NCBI GenBank assembly: GCA_002269645.1
Contig: NIVC01001933.1
Location: forward strand, 1-58,958
Direction: 5' to 3'
Source: Macrostomum lignano
Taxonomy: Eukaryota
DNA length: 58,958 nt
Shown: positions 53,901 through 58,958 of the stretch, piece by piece
How the letters are laid out: the number at the start of each line of letters is the position of its first letter
Position numbering within the stretch: position 1 is the first letter of the stretch
The notes under the pieces: model-generated
Databases searched by the model: none
What the model was told of the DNA's origin: nothing
What the model saw: the letters and a program-made list of their open reading frames with translations, nothing else
Made by a program: the position numbers and the translations under genes

Positions 53901-56900
53901 ATATTCAACAGTTGTGAGAACAGACTCTATTACTCCTCTGACTTTTGCGCTAAGCTCTTCGGTTCCAGTTGCTGGGGTAGTCGAAAGACAATTTATCTGA
54001 CTCGAGTTTGAGCAGGCGCTTTCGTTGTTGGCATTGTTGGCCTTTGCAGTGGCGTCAGATGCGGACCAAATATTCGAGCCAGTGAACACAATATCTGTTT
54101 CGTGTTGCGTGTTGCGCGGTTCGTTCGTGATAGAAAAGCTGTTTAATAACCCGATAACACAATACGTAAAGGGAGGAATAACTGTTGCTCTTACCTGAAC
54201 CCATAAGCGGTTGCACGTCTTTTTGGAGTTTTTCTTTAAATTTTCCAAAAGAATCCGTAACTTCTTGAAGCTTTGAAGCACCGAGCTCCTGAGACAAGCA
54301 TTTAATGGGTGAAATAAGTGGGTGAAGCTTTTTACAGATTCAGATTCAAGTATCCAAGGAAAGCACCGAAAGTATCTTGGCTACAGCAATAAAGGTACTT
54401 ACCTGCGCATTAACCGTAATCTGATCTGTTCGGTCAGGGGGGAAAGCTGTCCTCAATACGTCATTTGTCTGCTCCAAATCCTCGGGAGAGTTCAAGCTGA
54501 AATTGGCGACCACTTCGACAAGCTTCGTACGCAGCTGAAAATATAGTGAGAATACTAGCTAATATTGCATACTAGCTTGTGCCAAAACTGCTTGTTATCA
54601 TTGCCTTTTCAATAACCATGTGAGTGATAAATCTGAGCGCATATGCTACTTACCTCCGCCATTCTTCTATTAAACGCCGTCCTTTCTTCACTCGTAGCAT
54701 TTGCTCCTTCAGCATCTTCATTCTTGGCGTTCATTACCGACGTCAAGCACATAAGAGTGGTGGCAGCTCCCTGCTGGTTGCCACTCTTCAAATGCTGGCT
54801 TAATTTATCACTTGTTCCGTCCATTATGTCCGAAATGCCCGCGAGAAGCTCAGATGCGGGAATTGCCGGCGGATAAACCTGAAGCGGGACGAGTAAGAGT
54901 ATTTACTAAGCTTGCGAATGCTTAAAAACGATTAAGAAATTAAAGAATTTGAACAAAACAGTGCAGGCAGATTGGGTGCTTACTGTGACATCGAAAATGA
55001 ATGCAATTTTATCGCCTAAACTGTCAACGACATTTATGTAGGCGTCAGTCTTGTACCCATGAGTCGAAGAACCGACCGGAAGTACTACCTCCGGAGAGAC
55101 AGCCGTCGGTCCATAGAACAGTAGAATAGTGCGCAGGTGTCCTTTGGGCCTGATGCGGTATTCGTAAGTCAAGCTGGATGCAGTCACATTAAACTCCACC
55201 CAGCTCCAGCATGAGATGCGAAATTTAGTTTCCATGGCAATGCCTTCACGTGGCTCGATCGTGCAATTGCCTCCACTGGCTGGTTTATTAACAACAAAAG
55301 TCTTTGAAACAGTGAAAGGACCCTCCTGAGCGAAGCTTGATGCCGACACTTGAACCAGATAAACAACACCTGGATCAAAGTGTTTTCTCTGCGAACGATT
55401 CAAAGAATGGGGTCGATTTTACTTCTCAAAGTAATTCGTTGAAAACTGATTTCGGTGACCAAACTGTTACTATGTTAATTCTCTTGAGGTGCAACTCACC
55501 CGATTCAGTGAGAACAGCCAAATCCTCAAAGCCGCCTGCTTGCAACTGCCGCATGGCCCATGTAAAGGACAGGTTATCAAATTTTGTACCGCAATTTTCT
55601 TTGCAGGATGCCTCGTAAGCCAGGGGAATACGTGCAGATACTTTTTCAGCACAATTACTGACGCACCTGAAAATAGGTTTATAATCAGCTGATTTAGGGT
55701 ATTCGATTCAAAGAAAATTATCTGAAAAACAGAAGAGAATATAATTTACCCAATTAGTATTGTTGGCAAGGCCTGGGGACTCAGGAATATGGTCCACTCA
55801 CTAAAAGCTGATCTTGAGTCCTTGAAGACATCAACTCGTAGAACATACGACAAGTTGGGCATCAAGTGCCATGTGCTCAGCACTAAAGCAGCAGCAGTGT
55901 GTTCATTTCCCTCGGAAATGATTCCAACTCCATTTCCAAAACAGCCTCTGAATTCTGCAGAGCCCTGCATGTCTGGAGGCCTTATAAAGCTGGTGCTGGG
56001 ATTAGGAGTCAGTTCTGATTGCTGCATGCAAATCCACCGAAAGGACATCGCAGTCAAGTTCCCGGCCTCTACATCCCAATCACGCGCGTCCAGTTCAAAT
56101 CTAACAGTTCGATTATAAGCCACAGACACAGGTGAACTGCTGCTAAAGTTGACGCTTATCGGTGTTTTTGTTATGTTTAAATAGAAAGCAAACTCTGCAG
56201 AAACCGGAGGTGTCACTTCCGCCATGGACAAGTTCAACACAACCTTATACAGGCCGTACCAGAGGGAGCGCGGCGGAAGTCGAAAGCTAAGTAAGTCCGG
56301 AAAGCTGAGATTCGTCACGGTCCCAGTCACAGTTTCCACTCGCCATCGTCGCATTGTAACACCGGTTTTCGAACAGTTCAGCTCAGGCAATCCGCTGACT
56401 AGAACTTCTTGCGATCTCATTTGTTGCAAAGGCATTCTGGGGTCCCACTGGGCCAGTTGGACGCCGAAATGCGAGAAGTTTAGCTGTGGGGCCTCGCACA
56501 TCCAGTCCATGATAGTCGCCAGAGTCTCGGCTGTGTCATTGCTCACGTGATTAAAGGCGAACACGGTAGCAGAAAACCCACCGAGGTGTGGGTAAATGTG
56601 ACTGAAAGAGATCGACATGTTCTCATAGGAGATAGCAGTGAAATTGATTCCACGTGATGCTGAGTACGGCTGGCATAATGCAGGCACGCCAAAGCTGATA
56701 TTTGTTGAGTCTCCAAAGTCAACTACAAAGCAGCCGTTTGTGCCGAAGCGAGTGATATTAAGAAAAAAGTATGTCGCGTTGGAGAGCAAAGTAGTTCCAT
56801 TGGTTCGGAAGCTGCCAATGATCACAGCGTCAAGGACAATGTCAACTGTGATCGGAATGCTTTGAAATGAGACCAGATTAGAGCAGTTCAGACTGAAGTT

Positions 56901-58958
56901 TCTTACTCCCAATGCAGCTCTAGTGAATTCTTGAGCAAGTGTCACTTCGCCAACAGTGCTTAAGCTGCTCACATACAAGTATCGAGAGCCGAACTGGGCC
57001 CAGCTGAACATGCAGTGTAGGTTGTTCAAATCTACCTCTGAGCTGGATAAACGAAACTGCACCTCCGCGGGTGTGTAAAGCACGGTGGAGTTGTACTCTA
57101 GGACTAGGCCTCGAACAGCCTCCTGCACAACAATCGGACCAAATGTGACAGACTTATTGCTGACGTCATTCCAAACAGACACGGTGGTGGTAAAATTTCC
57201 TACAGATGGATACTGAACAGAAATATTTCCTGTCGCGTTCGGAGGATATTGAATTCGACCATCCCCACAGTCAATGCCAGTCCGGAGAGAGGATCCGGAC
57301 AACACGGATAATACATAAAAACCGGCTTCTGCTCGCCGAAGAGCCAGAGGCCCCGACCAGGCAAGACCATCCACAGCTTCCTGGCAATGAACAGTGGCGT
57401 TCGAAGCATTCTTCTCGGAAACCAAATTCCAACAAGTTAATTCCACAAGCTCTGGTTTTAGTAAAAGATCCCGGTAGCATCGTATTGGCAGCCGGACTGG
57501 TTCCACCGAAAGATTTTTTGTAACAGTCAAATTTCCAAACTTCATCCGGCATGTTGCGTTAGTGGGTTGAGGATCAGGATGAAAGAATTCAAAGCTTGAG
57601 TTGACAGAAAATAGCTCAACAAATTTAGGTGCCAGTAAGATCAGCTGATGAACTGGATTTTGCACTAGTACACTCAGGCTACGACGTTCAGATTGAGTGT
57701 GAAAGTTTGATGCAACATTCGTTATCACGTACAGGCCAGGCGATTCATAAGAGAGATTCAGTGATTCAGATGCTTTCCAAGCCAAAATCTGCCCATCTGT
57801 CACAGAAAAAGTACTCCCATTTCCCAAGTTAATTTGATAAGTAACGTGGCTTCCTGTAGTGACAGAGAATTCCAATTGGAATGTATGATTTGTTGTACAA
57901 CGGTCTGACTGGAGTTGAACCATAAACTAGTAATGTTCTGCTGTAAAATGACATAGTAAGCTGCGGTAATACTTGACAGCTGGTTCCAGCAGGTCACGTT
58001 GGCCAATGCAAACGTGAGTCTTCGCTGAATGTTAGGATTTCGTTGAAGATTCCCACGGGCTGCAGAGTCTTGCTAAAGTTTCTGTGCGAATTTGGCTGTA
58101 GCTTTGCGTAGCACGAGATGGGCAATTCGATATCGGGCTGCCTCGAATCTAGAATAATTAAAAACCACGCGTTATGATTTAGTTTTGTTTATTTACATTG
58201 ATGCATCAACTATGCATCGAATATTAAAAACGTCACTCACCATTTCAAAGCTCAGAGTAGCATTCAATGGCAGCAGGTTCTGGAATGTAAGTCATCGAAA
58301 GTCGCAGAAACTCGCTCAGTTGAGGCACCACATCAATGCTGTCTGCTGTCTGCCAGTTTCCCGCAGCATTGCAACGATGCAAGTGAAGTTGAAGCGTCCC
58401 ACATCTGCTCCAAAGACTATTTTAAGCGTAGCAGAGTGGGACTCAAAATTTGCTGTATGACCTGCCGTAAGCCAGTCCAATCAACGAGCGGTTTGTTGCT
58501 GAAAGAAACTGAAAATTGCACAGCGGAGCCCGCAGCCAAGCCGCAGTGACTATAAGGGTATCGTTTGGTGTCAGCAGAGATGCTGAAACTTGACAACTGG
58601 CATTGAGCACGGAACCTCAGCGCATGATAGTTATTGAGCAGTGCAACGCAGCCAACATTGTTCGAAATATCGCTCTCTGTATAGGAGGGCTGATGCTGTT
58701 GTTAAAGATTACGCAAAGCTTTTTTAGACTTGGACATGCATCAGCAGTCACGTTAAACATGTACAAGCAATCGAATTGGGTGCTATTTTGAAGGCCTCGT
58801 CGAAGTAAGCCCTGATCGCATTTGGTGAAAGTTGACATCTCACTGACAGCCAAGTCTTCCGACGCTAAGAAGGCCATGGGCTGAAAGTTGTCCGAGGCGG
58901 GGGTACCTCTTCGATCGAAGTCCCGAACGAAGGTGCAGAAAGTGTGAGACTGTAAGGC
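47983..58958 (-). CDS. PKD1-like polycystin (PKD repeats-REJ-GAIN/GPS-TM-PLAT-TMs-polycystin channel domain); 5' end lies beyond the window; several apparent 1-nt deletions
   Basis: PKD/REJ ORF 55746-57923; REJ exons (CVSNC, GGNCTIEP.EGIA); GPS-like region ~53250-53100 with VLPNLIDF; TM1; PLAT (YRIDVYT...AGT); DDHLWMSV...FSRLQR; LPHWC...GW; channel ORF 48460-49996; last exon 48152-47983. The exact PKD1L paralog is not assignable. Confidence 0.9.
50884..51185 (+). mobile_element. tRNA-derived SINE (family copy), in a polycystin intron
   Basis: GGTTCGATTCCAGGGTCACATT, CCCAAGGCACAG, GTGTACAC and GCTCAGGAG...GCGGAATGG blocks shared with the 14096-14436 copy. Confidence 0.7.

Overview
Eukaryotic (metazoan) genomic DNA with GT-AG introns, GC-rich exons and introns packed with minisatellites. 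The organism is inferred to be a Macrostomum-like flatworm, which is not provable from this window. Six protein-coding genes could be spliced by hand: MAP2K4/MKK4 (-, 3 exons), an intronless shugoshin (-), SGF29 (+, 6 exons), an 8-exon ligand-gated channel-like gene (+), CAMK4 (-, 9 exons) and a 5'-incomplete PKD1-like polycystin (-). MKK4 and the polycystin carry several 1-nt deletions, mostly in G/C runs, which are probably consensus errors. Mobile DNA includes an internally deleted Merlin element, a MULE-like MITE with a clean target-site duplication, three diverged foldbacks, four copies of a tRNA-headed SINE family and a LINE 3' fragment. The best lead is the gene at 22.6-36.3 kb: it has iGluR architecture (S1-M1-P-M3-S2-M4) but an intact K+ channel filter (TMTTVGYGD), as in GluR0/AvGluR1, and no obvious glutamate-binding Arg. 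Other leads are an abrupt within-gene GC3 step that coincides with the onset of minisatellite introns, and a cluster of TAGGCCTA palindromes in the shugoshin/SGF29 divergent intergenic region.
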